Part shown: piece after piece, positions 12,201 to 23,889 of the stretch
Layout of the letters: each line of letters opens with the position of its first letter
Numbering within the stretch: the stretch's first letter is position 1
Source: Eledone cirrhosa
Lineage: Eukaryota
Direction: 5' to 3'
Assembly (NCBI GenBank): GCA_964016885.1
Contig: OZ024755.1
Coordinates: forward strand, 24,304,001 to 24,368,000
DNA: 64,000 nt
Position numbers and translations under genes: made by a program
Notes under the pieces: generated by a model
The model's database searches: none
Seen by the model: only the letters and a program-made list of their open reading frames with translations
What the model was told of the DNA's origin: nothing

Positions 12201-15130
12201 AAATGAAGGGGAATGAGTTGAGATTTGTTTCGTGATTAAATCGAAGATGAAATAATAAACACGATATTAGAAAAATATTCTTGTAAATAAGACAATTTAT
12301 ATATACATACATAATATATACATATGTTTACAAGTACACACACGCACATGTAACATCGTCTGCCAAGACAGCTACGAATACTTTCACCGGAATTTCACGA
12401 AGTTTAAGTTTTCATTTTACTTTTACTTCGTTATTTTTCATTATCAATGTTTTATTATAAAGTTGTGAATGTAATTATGGCGAATACGTTGATGTTTGAT
12501 AGTCGGGTTTTATTTATTTATTTTGTCTGAGATATTTTTACCTGGTAGAGCACCCAAGAAAGGACTTGGTGTCGTTCTGTATGTTTACAAATTTACTGTA
12601 AAATTCATCTGATTTTGCACACCCGCAATTTTACTGAAGGAGAGAGAACGGAGAAGAGGTGAGGTGGGAGTTTATATTTAGTTGGTGAGAGAGACAGAAA
12701 GGAAATAGTATGGTGGTAAGAGGGGTTATGTTTACAGAATTACTTCCCCCTGGACTGTAAAATTGATCTGATTTTGCACACCCGCAATTTTATTCCAGGA
12801 GAGAGATCGGAGAAGAGAAGAGGTGAGGTGAGAGAGAGAGAGAGAGAAAGGAGATAGTGTGGTGGTAGGAGGGGGTCAGATGTAAAGACACAGAGAGGGG
12901 AGAGTGAGTGCGAGAGAAAGGCTGAGAAAATACAGACAGAGGGATGTTGAGTGAATAGGAGGTAAGGCAGAGAGAGGGAGGTAGAAAGTGCAGAGTAAGA
13001 GAGAAGGGAAACAAAGGAGAGAGAGAGAGAGAGAGTTACTATAGGAGGGAATGAGCGATAGAAAGAAAGAGACAAGAAACAAAGAAAGGGAGAGAGAGAG
13101 AGAGAGAGAGAGACAAGGCTGTGTGAGAGGGGGGAGAAAGAGAGAGAAAGAGTCAGTAATTAAATCAAGGGGAGTGAGTTGAGAGTAATGTAATTAAATG
13201 GAAGAAAACCAGACGACACAATATGAAATATTAAACGCGATATTAGAAAAATATTCTTGTAAATAAGACAATTTATATATACATAAATATATACATATGT
13301 TTACAGGTATATTTATATACACACACACACACACATGTAACATTGTCTGCCAAGACAGCTACGAATACTTTTACCGGAATTTCACGAAGTTTAAGTTTTC
13401 ATTTTACTTTTACTTCGTTACTTTTCATTATCAATGTTTTATTATAAAGTTGTGAATGTAATTATGGCGAATACGTTGATGTTTGATAGTCGGGTTTTAT
13501 TTATTTATTTTGTCTGAGATATTTTTACCTGGTAGAGCACCCAAGAAAGGACTTGGTGTCATTCTGTATGTTTACAGATTTACTGTAAAATTCATCTGAT
13601 TTTGCACACCCGCAATTTTACTCAAGGAGAGAGAACGGAGAAGAGAAGAGGTGAGGTGAGAGAGAGAGAAAGGAGATAGTGTGGTGGTAGGAGGGAGTAG
13701 TTGTGAAGACACACAGAGAGGGAGAGAAAGACAGAAATACAGAGCTGCAGAGAGAGACTGAAGAGAGAGGGGTGTTGAGTGAATAGGAGGTAAAGTGAGG
13801 GAAAGAAGGAGAGAAAGAGAAGAGGCCTGCAAAAGAGAGAGAGAGAGAGAGAGATAGTAGAGGCTGTGTGAGAGGAGAAAGAGAGAGAGAGAGAGAGTCA
13901 TACAATAAGTAAACGAAGGAGAGTGAGTTGAGAGTTTTGTCGAGATTAAATGGAAGAAAACCAGACGACACAATATGAAATATTAAACACGATATTAGAA
14001 AAATATTCTTGTAAATAAGACAATTTATATATACATACATAAATATATACATATGTTTACAAGTATATTTATCTATATACACACACATGTAACATCGTCT
14101 GCTAAGACAACTACGAATACTTTACCGGAATTTCCCGAAGTTTAGGTTTTCATTTTACCTTTACTTCGTTATTTTTCTTTATCAATGTTTTATTATAAAG
14201 TTGTGAATATAATTATGGCGAATACGTTGATGTTTGATAGTCGGGTTTTATTTATTTATTTTGTCTGAGATATTTTTACCTGGTAGAGCACCCAAGAAAG
14301 GACTTGGTGTCGTTCTATATGTTTACAGATTTACTGTAAAATTCATCTGATTTTGCACACCCGCAATTTTACTGAAGGAGAGAGAACGGAGAAGAGGTGA
14401 GGTGGGAGTTTATATTTGGTTGGTGAGAGAGACAGAAAGGAGATAGTATGGTGGTAGGAGGGGGTATGTTTACAGAATTACTTCCCCCTGGACTGTAAAA
14501 TTGATCTGATTTTGCACACCCGCAATTTTATTCCAGGAGAGAGATCGGAGAAGAGAAGAGGTGAGGTGAGAGAGAGAGAAAAAAGATAGTGTGGTGGTAG
14601 GAGGGGGTAGTTGTGAAGACACACAGAGAGGGAGAGAAATACAGAAATACAGAGCTGCAGAGAGAGAGACTGAAGAGAGAGGGGTGTTGAGTGAATAGGA
14701 GGTAAAGTGAGGGAAAGAAGGAAAGAGAGAGAAGAGGCCTGCAAAAAGAGAGAGAGAGATAGTAGAGGCTGTGTGAGGGGAGAGAGAGTCATACAATAAG
14801 TAAACAAAGGAGAGTGAGTTGAGAGTTTTGTCGAGATTAAATGGAACCAGACGACACAATATGAAATATTAAACACGATATTAGAAAAATATTTTTGTAA
14901 AGAAGACAATTTATATATACATAAATATATACATATGTTTACAAGTATATTTATCTATATACACACATGAAACATCGTCTGCTAAGACAGCTACGAATAC
15001 TTTTACCGGAATTTCCCGAAGTTTAGGTTTTCATTTTACCTTTACTTCGTTACTTTTCATTATCAATGTTTTATTATAAAGTTGTGAATGTAAATAAAGC
15101 GAATACATTGATGTTTGATAGTCAGGTTTT
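9260..15130 (+). repeat. Complex tandem array, 7 units (periods 994, 892, 923, 987, 751, 881 bp): conserved AT-rich core alternating with variable GA-rich spacers
   Basis: The core '...tat(t/c)aatgttttattataaagttgtgaat...' starts at 9633, 10627, 11519, 12442, 13429, 14180 and 15061. Confidence 0.95.
12442..12494 (+). ncRNA. Candidate pre-miRNA-like hairpin (representative of 7 copies in the array)
   Basis: UAUCAAUGUUUUAUUAUAA pairs with UUAUGGCGAAUACGUUGAUG (~18 bp including G:U). The 14-nt loop contains UGUG. Folded by eye only. Confidence 0.4.
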
Positions 15131-15299
15131 ATATGGACATGACATACAGGAATAAATGTATGAGTGACTTAGGAGAAATAACTTTTTACGGGGACAAATG
15201 CAGGACCTTGTGATTGGAAAGTAATACATATGTATTTGTGTGTATAAATATACATTATAGTGTAATGAATGCCTGGGTGTATATATATAAACACATTAT

Positions 15300-15620
15300 C
15301 TCAAGGAAGCCTGCTCAATGCACTCTACATTTGAATGGAGTTCTGAAGCAGGTGTAGAAATTCAAGTATCTCGGGGCTGTGTTCACAAGTGACGGTAGGC
15401 AAGAGGCTGAATTAAGTGCAAGAATTTCAGGAGCTGGTGCTGTAATGTACTAGCTTCAGCATTCAGTAATCAGAAGAAGGGAGGTAGGTGTAAAGTCCAA
15501 ACTCCCTATCTTCAATTCGGTATTAGTGTGTTAACTCTTACCTATGGTCATGAATCTTTGGAGTAATATTACTCAACAGAGTGCAAAGCTTGGAGATCAG
15601 AGAGTCACTCCAGGTAGGGA
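15300..15620 (+). mobile_element. RTE LINE fragment
   Basis: LKQV.KFKYLGAVFTSDGRQEAELSARISGA and LTYGHES motifs. Confidence 0.8.
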
Positions 15621-15854
15621 TGCTAGTATATAAAAAAAATATGAAAATATACATATATGCGGTACGCGACTATGCATAATATATACGTATGTACATGAAT
15701 TGAATATGCTTCACTAGATTTATAACATACAAGTAACTGAACGACAAACCCTGGATGTATATATGTATGTAAAAAGTAAACAGAAATAACAACACAATCA
15801 GTACAGTATATGGAAGGAATATATTAGTTTAACGCTTGAAATAGCAGGAAGAAG

Positions 15855-15892
15855 GTCTTAACGTTTTGGACGCTAGTCCTTCATCAGAAGAC
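15855..15892 (-). ncRNA. Minimal type-I hammerhead ribozyme relic (Penelope-type; GAAA mutated to AAAA)
   Basis: Reverse complement reads GUCUU CUGAUGA A GGAC-UAGC-GUCC AAAA CGUU AAGAC: stem I GUCUU/AAGAC, 4-bp stem II, palindromic ACGU stem III. Confidence 0.7.
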
Positions 15893-15899
15893 TGTCCAA

Positions 15900-16480
15900 A
15901 TCAATATTTGGCACTCTTGTTAAGGAGTTCTTATATGCTGATGATACAGATTTTGTGGCACACACTGTAGAGGACATGCATTTAATATTGGACACCTTCT
16001 CCAATGCATACACTGTGTTTGGGCTAAATATTAGTATAAAAAATACAAAGTTCATGTACACTCCACCATTTGGAAAGTATATGTGGAGCCAGACATGAGA
16101 TGGTGGATAGCTTTGTGTATCTCAGAAGTATACTTAGTAGAGATGGTACCCTTGATGCTGAAATAGATCACAGGATTGTGATAGTAAGTCTTGACTTTGG
16201 GAAGCTTGAGAAGCGAGTCTGGTCGAATTAGAGTATCACAAGAAACTCAAAGCTTTCTGTGTATGAGGCCTGTGTTCTTACAGACCTACTATACGGATGC
16301 GAAATGTGGATAACTTGCAGGCATCAGATCAGGCAACTGGAAAGATTTCATCAGCCTTGTATCCGACATATCCTGAACATCAAGTGGTCTTCTTACACAC
16401 CTATTATGAACCAGATGTGTTGGGCTGGTCAGGTGGTCAGGATGGAGAATGGAAGGCTACCTAAATACTACATCGGCAAT
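15900..16480 (+). mobile_element. RTE-clade LINE reverse transcriptase C-terminal remnant
   Basis: KEFLYADDTDFVAH...FGLNISIKNTK, LLYGCE.W, LERFHQ.CIR.IL.IKW and WAG.V.RM..GRLPK; frameshifted. Confidence 0.9.
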
Positions 16481-16733
16481 TGACGTCATTCTTCTCGTTA
16501 ATACCAAAGTAACCATCAAACAACACTTGAAAGTCAGTCCATGACAGGATTAAACCTTCAGTTATTGCTGTTGGTACTCATTGTCAGCTGAGTGTACTGG
16601 AACAATATGAAATGAATGTTTTGCTCAAGAAACCAAGACATAACCCTGCCCACAACTGCAACAAGTGGAAAAAGACTATGTTAGAAAAGATCCATCCTAC
16701 CAATGCAAGCATGGGGGTGGGGTATGTAAAAAG

Positions 16734-17040
16734 ATGATGATGATGATGATGCTGATGATGATGATGCTGATGATGATGATGATGATAGTGGTGATGATGG
16801 TGGTGATAGTGGTGGGGATGATGGTGGTGATAGTGGTGGTGATGATGATGATGATGACAATGATGTTGGTGGTAATGATGATGGTGGTGGTGGTGGTGGT
16901 GATACTAGTGATGATGATGATAGTGACAATGATGATGGTGGTAATGATGATGATGGTGGTGATGACAATGATGTTGATAATGATGATGATGGTGGTAGTG
17001 GTGATAGTGATGATGATGGTGGTGGTAGTGATGATGTTGA
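16734..17040. repeat. (GAT/GGT)n trinucleotide microsatellite
   Basis: Direct inspection; it explains the poly-M/V ORF. Confidence 0.95.
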
Positions 17041-17635
17041 TATCTACTCTATTGATGTCTACTCTATTGTTTATCTACTCAACAACATCTTTAGATCTTG
17101 TCTGTCCATCCGCCACTGTTATGACAATACAGCTTGGTGGATACAATTGCTACATATATGCTAACCATGCATGGCTGGTCATCTAGAATTACCATGAACT
17201 TAAACCTACAGTCAGTAGGCACCTCTTAACATACCCCCACCCCGCACACACCCAATATACACCCCCACCCAAACCCACACTCCATCCTCCCAGTTCCGTC
17301 CACTGTAAAGTGGTCGTGTAGGTGACACGACAAAAAGCACCCAGTCCACACTGTAAATGTGGTTGGTGTTAGGAAGGGCAACCAGCCGTAGAAAACCCGC
17401 CAGAAACAGTCCTGTACGAGCGAGACACGGTCACATGACCAATCTTTCCTCAAGTGGGACAAACCCATTCAACCCATGCTAGCATGGAAGATGGATGTTA
17501 AACGATGATGAAGATGAATGTTACCCTTGAAAAATCTGTTTGATAAAAGAATGAATTAGATTAGAGGTGGGAGTAAACTCTCCAAATATCAGTCGCTCTC
17601 TGACAGGCTTGCCACCTCCCTACTCACCACCATTG

Positions 17636-17745
17636 GCACAGAGTTGGCTACCCGCAGGTGTGAGCCTCGTGAGTTGGAATGGCTTTTCCAGCGTGTCTCT
17701 TTCACCATTTTCTGGGAAAATGCCTTCTCTGTTCTGTCTGCCGGG
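17636..17745 (+). mobile_element. CRE-like retrotransposon 3' end fragment
   Basis: Translates GTELATRRCEPRELEWLFQRVSFTIFWENAFSVL, resembling the CRE C-terminal FQR.S.AI.RGNA motif. Confidence 0.7.
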
Positions 17746-18315
17746 CTGCGGGGTGGCCAGCACATGCCCACCCCATTTGCTCATAATAGCCAGAGATGGG
17801 GAGAGCCGGAAGCAGTGACAGTGGAAGTTTGGTTCCTTTGTAAAATCTCTCCAGCAATTCTTTCCTTAGACATTCTAACCTTATATCTATAGTACCAGGT
17901 CAAATTTTCTATTCAGTGATATATCCTCAGTCCCAGCCATACGTTTTCTTCTGCAGATATCAGGGAGAGAGAGCATCCCTCCTGAGGAAAGAGCCTTGTG
18001 GAGTGGAATGGCTGATGTTGCAGATGTCGCTGGTTGTTCTCTGCAGCCATGCTTTCCCCATCTGGTCATAGTTGAGATATACCATCCACCCAAAGGTGTA
18101 TCACATTTTTATCCACAGAGCATAGCTGAGATAATCAGCCCAGCCAAAGGTATATCACTGCCGTGTCCATGGTATACAGCCGAGATATACCACCACAGAC
18201 ACTTGTCATGGGGCAAGCAATGCCAACTCTTGCTCTATCGGGAAAGATGACCTTAAAACATTTGTTTTTATTGTCCCTCCTATCCTTGTAAGAGTGTTGG
18301 ACTTATGATCATAAT

Positions 18316-18595
18316 GTGGTAAGAGTGTTGGACTTATGATCATAATGTTGTGGTTTTGATTCCTGGTCTGGGATTGTGTTGTGTTCTTGAACAAAACACT
18401 TCATTTCACATTACTCCGGTATACTCAGCAGAAAATGAGTATCAGCAATAGCTGGGGGTTAACCCTGCAATGGACTGGTGTCCTGTCCAGGGGGGGGGGG
18501 GGGGGTCTTGTACTCTCAGTGGCTTCACGCCACGGAAACAGGGATAAGCACCAGCCTGATAAGCTTCTGAGCTCGAGACAGACTTTAGACTTTAG
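18316..18595 (+). mobile_element. tRNA-derived SINE
   Basis: A-box/B-box-like head plus ttcttgaacaaaacacttcatttcac core; homologous to 48019-48300. Confidence 0.8.
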
Positions 18596-18865
18596 AGAGA
18601 CTGCTTGGCAATACATGATGAATTATGAAGTAGAGTTTCATTTGAGACAGACACAGGAACCCATCTTTGGCTGTACCATTAGACAATCATTAAAACACAT
18701 TAGCCTTCTCCATAAATTTTCAGTTTCAAAGAAATATATTTTAGTTTCATTTTATAGCTGATTCTGTATGCTAAAATCGCGGAAGAAGGAATACATCTGG
18801 TGTGAAGCTGAGTTGCAGACGATCAGTCCAACATATAAGCCAGGAAAAACAGACATTGAATAATA

Positions 18866-19045
18866 ATTGTTTCTACATTTGGCACAAGGCCAGCAATTAC
18901 CCAGTACATAACTGGTACTTTATTTTATCGAACCCGCAAGGATGAAAGGCAAAGTTAACCTCGGCGGGATTTGAACTCAGATCGTAAAGGGATGTAACTA
19001 TGCTGGAAAGCATGGCGTCCGACCCTCTACCGATACTGCCAATCC
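18866..19045 (-). mobile_element. tRNA-derived CORE-type SINE
   Basis: Full-length match to 60882-61072 in reverse orientation. Confidence 0.85.
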
Positions 19046-19124
19046 ATGAATAATAATGATTGCCAAAACTTTTCTTCTACTTTCATGACACTTAAAATGA
19101 AAGATTAGCTTAAGATCATTCAGC

Positions 19125-19410
19125 TCACGGTCGTGAGGTCGTGAGTTCGATTCCTGGTGGCATGTTGTTTCCTTGAGCAAGACTCTTTATTTCATGTTGC
19201 TCCGGTCGACTAAGCTGGCAAAAATGAGTTGTACTGTAATTCGAAGGGCCAGCTTTGTGACATTCTGTGTCACTCTGAATCTCCCTGAGAACTACGTTAA
19301 AGGTACGTATGTTTGTGGAATGCTCAGCCACTTGCACGTTACACGATCAAGTTGCTCTGTTGATCGTATCAACAGGAATACTCCTCGTCGTAACCGAAGG
19401 AGTCCCACTA
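19125..19410 (+). mobile_element. tRNA-derived SINE (third family)
   Basis: B-box gagttcgattcc plus ccttgagcaagactctttatttc core; homologous to 36760-37030. Confidence 0.75.
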
Positions 19411-19489
19411 CTACCCAAGTTAGTATTAAGTATAGATATTTCTCCAGATAATGAATATTTCAAGAGAAACAACTTATGTTAGTTTTAAT

Positions 19490-19672
19490 AATTGTTTCTA
19501 CTTTTGGCACAAGGCCAGCAATTATCTCAGTGCATTACTGGTACTTTATTTTATCGACCCCGTAAGGATGAAAAGCAAAGTTAACCTCGGCGGGATTTGA
19601 ACTCAGAATGGCAAGGGCCGTAACTCTATGCATCAAAGCATGGCCTCCGACCCTCTACCGATACTGCCAATA
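19490..19672 (-). mobile_element. tRNA-derived CORE-type SINE
   Basis: Near-identical to 35832-36002 and 60882-61072 in reverse orientation. Confidence 0.85.
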
Positions 19673-19684
19673 TAATATCATTTA

Positions 19685-20105
19685 TCTATATATCTAAAAC
19701 AGAGAATGTCTGTCTCCCTAAAACTCGAGAACCACCCAACCGATTCTTTTCAAACTTTACACATGTAATACTTATGGTCGTGTGAGTGTTTTGAGGAAAA
19801 AATATTTCAAATTTTCAATGCCCTAGGGACCACATTAGGCGCCGGTTAGCGATCTCTCTCTGTGTCTTAGCCTGTCTTTTTAGATACATAGCTATAACAT
19901 CGCGCCCTTATAATATCTGTCTGTATGTCTGCATTACGACATTATGAAAATGTCTTCACGAACCAAAGTATAGTCTTCCTGTTTTCCTTCGGTTGCAACG
20001 TTTTTCGAAATATTTACTTCTGCGTTCACAGATTGATCTTTTTAGTTTCAAAAGATCCCGTTAAGGGTGAAAGCAGCGATTCTTTGCTTAAACTTTAATC
20101 TGTTA

Positions 20106-20145
<40 letters not shown>

Positions 20146-20587
20146 TATTCGTGTACAGATATTTTTGCATACACAAAAACAAAATATAAACAAACGTATT
20201 TATTTCACGAAAGCACAGACGGCTTATCCTCATTGCTAATGCCGATATGCCACCCAAAAAGTCCCACTACTTTTGGCACAAGGCCAGAAATTACATAGTC
20301 AATGGTTCGGAAATCACATACATCACTGACGAATTTACTCCTTACTCTACCAGTTAGTCTTAGTGTAGTTCGCCTTGCTTTTAGGTCATGCCTCGAAGGA
20401 AGAGATACTCCATTGGCCGAAATACTGCGAAAGCGGCAAGAAAAAGAACAAGGCGGGCAAACGAATCGTCAGTGGAATCTGCTATTCGACGGTCGCAAGG
20501 CCGAAGTATTCCGTACTTCTCTGTACTGTTTCAAAAAGGAGGGATAAACATGCCAATCTATGTTTAGAATCCGGGCCATTCTGCTAG
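19685..20587 (+). mobile_element. Non-autonomous Helitron-like element
   Basis: A|TCTATATATCTAAAA 5' end with a gtctgtct tract; 3' end CCGGGCCATTCTG-CTAG|T; no TSD. Confidence 0.7.
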
Positions 20588-21892
20588 TTATATATAAATT
20601 AACGATTTTATATATTTACAATTTGCGTGTAGACAAGTCTCTTTGGAAATAGGGGTAGTGGCGATGAGGGTATTACGTGGCCGTAAGGGGGTGGGTGGCC
20701 CCTAAAGTCTGAGAACCTCTGATCTAAGAGCTCCTGAAAAAAAAATAAGGAAAGAAATTATTTCCCACCAAACGCGGACGGTGTGTCGATCTGCAAAACT
20801 CTGATAGTTTTTTCCGCCTCTTTCACCCCTCACCCTTTTCTACAAATCTAGTCGTTTCCGACTGGTTTGGAGGTGACATTCGTTGATCACACGCAAAGAA
20901 AAATATCGTAGGGAAAACTCCAAGGATGGAGGTTATCCGAGGGAGGGACTCACCCCTTTGTTCTTCGGGGGGGGGGGGGGGGAATTGATTGTCAAAAATG
21001 TTTCCCCGCTGAAATCGACTGGGGTCTTCTTTTATAACAATACTAACAATCTTTTCGCTAATTCAAGAAAGCCAAGTTTTATCTTATTACGTGGTAATAC
21101 AGCAAGCGTGTTTGCTTGCCTCAAACATTTCTGTTGACCCTTGTGATGTGATGTGTGACCCCGATTATCGTACTTATAATAAATACAATTAACTACTGCT
21201 AGGAACCTCACAAATATAACGCACCAATATATATGACCAGAGCAAGAGAAAGTGAAAAAAGGGGAAACAAAAAGAAAAACGACCACCAATTCACCAGCAA
21301 GTGCGACAATCGGCCTCACATCAAAGCCAATTTTGCCGCTTATCTATATAGAAACGTTTTAGAAGAAAAAAATGTCTTAACTTTTTCGTCTTGGCTTTTC
21401 GTCTATTATATCTATGTGTATGTATTTACCTACTGTTACCCACAGTAATACTCCGAAATTTAACTGTCATATGTGCGACCGATTGCCACACTTCGTGGTG
21501 AATTGAGGGTTGTTGTTTTTTTTTATTTTGCACCCCCTCCCTTTTTTTTTTCTTATTCTTTCTCTTATATGTGTGCGTACTTTGGTGCGTTATATTTGTG
21601 AGGGTAGACAGATTTTACGGGCAAAAACCAATCGGCAGGGACCCAGGGATAGACCCCGATCAAGATGGTTGGATAACATCCATGGAGCTTGGCTGGTGTC
21701 GCTTGTGGATCCAGCCAGATCAGTTTGAGACGGTTGCTTCTGACAGGGCCTGCTGGAAGGGAGTGTTTGAGGACTCTGCCCCAATGACCCTCTCATGGGA
21801 AAGAAAAAGTATTTGTGCGATTCCTAGCAATAGTTAATTGTGTTTGTTATATGTGTTTATAGTCGGGCTACTGATTCGAGGTTCTAATCTTC

Positions 21893-22025
21893 ACTGGCGG
21901 CTCGCCTAACAGAGGTAACTGGTGATGCTCGTGGGGGCGGTTGGTTGTTCCAGCGCATCAGCCTCGCCATCACCCGAGGTAACGCCACGAGCTTGCTGGC
22001 TTGCCTCAAAAATCATTAAAGAGGT
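21893..22025 (+). mobile_element. CRE-like retrotransposon 3' end fragment
   Basis: Translates RRLA/TEVTGDARGGGWLFQRISLAITRGNATSLL, followed by a short 3' region and T-rich tail. Confidence 0.8.
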
Positions 22026-22779
22026 TTCCCAGTGCTCCTCGCGATACTGTTATCTTTTGCTCTGGTAGCGGCTCGGTTGTTCACCCCTTTCGCCTGTATT
22101 TGGTCCTAGATGAGTGTGCTACCTGCTTACGTGTTTTTTTTTTTCTTTTCTATTTCTTTTCTTCTTTCTTTTTTATTTTTCCTTTCCTTTCCCTTTCCTT
22201 TATATTATATTTGTTTGTGCTTTCGTTCTATAAGCATTATATAATTATATTTCTTTTTTAAACAACAGTGAATTAAAAAAAAAATTGGATTTTCATTCTA
22301 AAAGAATTGTGTGCATTTCGCAACGTTATTTATGTATATATTTAAAACAAACGTATTTCATAAGTGCCACTATTGACAGCAACAATACATAAGATAAAAA
22401 TATGGATAAAAACAATTGTATGTGTCACCAACAGCCGAACTTCTAACTCTAAGTAGTACGAGCAATGGTATTCCGAATGCGTAAAAGTTGACTAATTTAT
22501 CTGACGAGTAGAGTATGAGTTGCTTTGTTTGATTGTAAATAACAGAGTGAAGACGGAAGACGGAGAGAATAACTAGGGAGAGGGGGAGAGAGAGTGTGTG
22601 AAAGAAGAAGAGAGTGAGAGGGAGAGAGAGAGAGGGGGTGAGTATATATATAATAGTAATATATGTATGTAAAAGGTAAACAGAAATAACAACACAATCG
22701 GTACAGTATATGGAAGTGATAATAGATATATAGAAAGAGAGAGGGTTGTATGTGTAAAAAAATAAAGGAGAGAGAGAGA

Positions 22780-22900
22780 GCGAGAGCGGAAGCGTAAGTG
22801 CGTTCGAGCAAGCGTAAGTGCGTTCGAGCAAGCGAGAGAGAAAGACAGACAGACACACACACAAGCACTTGTTGATACATGGAAGTAGCCGCGAACTAAG
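22780..22900 (+). promoter_or_regulatory. Putative promoter of the DUSP gene
   Basis: CpG-containing patch with GGAAG (ETS-like) motifs and a 20-bp direct duplication AAGCGTAAGTGCGTTCGAGC, 100-200 bp upstream of the ATG at 22994. Confidence 0.45.
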
Positions 22901-22993
22901 CAGTTGTTTCTTGTGGTATTTTGTTTCGGGTCTCGTATGTTGTTTGTTTAAAATAAATATTTCGTAATAATTACTCTCAGGCTGGCACATTGT

Positions 22994-23012
22994 ATGGGAC
23001 AAATCTGGCCAG
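22994..23012 (+). CDS. DUSP3-like phosphatase, predicted coding exon 1 (MGQIWP-G)
   Basis: ATG plus 19 nt ending at the strong donor CAG|GTAAGA. Phase 1 joins the only open frame of the 39830 exon. Confidence 0.6.
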
Positions 23013-23889
23013 GTAAGAATTTTAAATTAAAATAATATTGATGTTAGAAATATAAAAGAAAAGATGTTTATAGTATATCATATATAATTGTTTCTACTTT
23101 AGGCACAAGGCCAGCAATTAACCAGTGCATTACTGGTACTTTATTTTATCGACCCCGTAAGGATGAAAGGCAATACATATTTATCTTTCTCTTGCTTTAT
23201 ATTTCACCCGCGGTAATTAGCTCAAAATCTTTTAATAATATTAATAAAGCGGGGAAAAATACGTTTATTAAGAATCATATATAATTATATAATCCTAACA
23301 TTTTTTATTTATTTATTTATTTATTTTTTTTTACACATTTTTGTGTCTCTTACGTTGTGTTTTCATCTGCGATTATACCGTGTTTTGGCTTGCCTGAAAC
23401 ATTTTTAAAAGGCAACACTAGCATTCCGTGTAGGATGTAACAGTGTGTAATTGCTGGAGTGTGTATTTGATTTGTTGTGTATTTTTATATTTTAATTTCC
23501 GATTCATTTTTATTAGCTTGTTTCTTTTGTAAAACATATTCATTATATAAATTGTATTACGTTATCAAATGTTTCTAAGTAATCAAAGTACTTCCTTAAT
23601 ATGGAACGACAGATCCATGAAGTAAATAAACAATTAGCCAGATTATTTTTCCTGAATACAACGAAAATCAAAAGTAATAAATTTGTGGTGGAAAAACCCC
23701 AGGGAACATAAAAACTATTATTGTGGATCTGAAAATGGAACGCTATACTCCTACATTGCACTGTTTTTATTTTGTGCTTTGCGCGTTTTGTTTTTGCTTA
23801 ACCATTTGTCTGTTTAAATCTGTCGTCTGGTTTAACACTACCACCGCTTGACTATTTGTTTTCTTTAACGTAGTCTATTCTGATTAACA

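Noticed and set aside
9260-15130. Array as spliced-leader RNA, snRNA or H/ACA snoRNA genes
   Set aside because: The AAGTTTAG|GT leader-like junction occurs only in some units. No canonical Sm site follows it, no terminal ACA box is present, and I see no similarity to known U snRNAs.
16665-17186. Long low-complexity ORFs (also 30884-31513, 31644-32279, 41615-42254 and ORFs inside the array)
   Set aside because: Translations of micro/minisatellites without domain or splice support.
22495-22525. CTGACGA hammerhead core near the DUSP promoter
   Set aside because: No GAAA after a plausible stem II.
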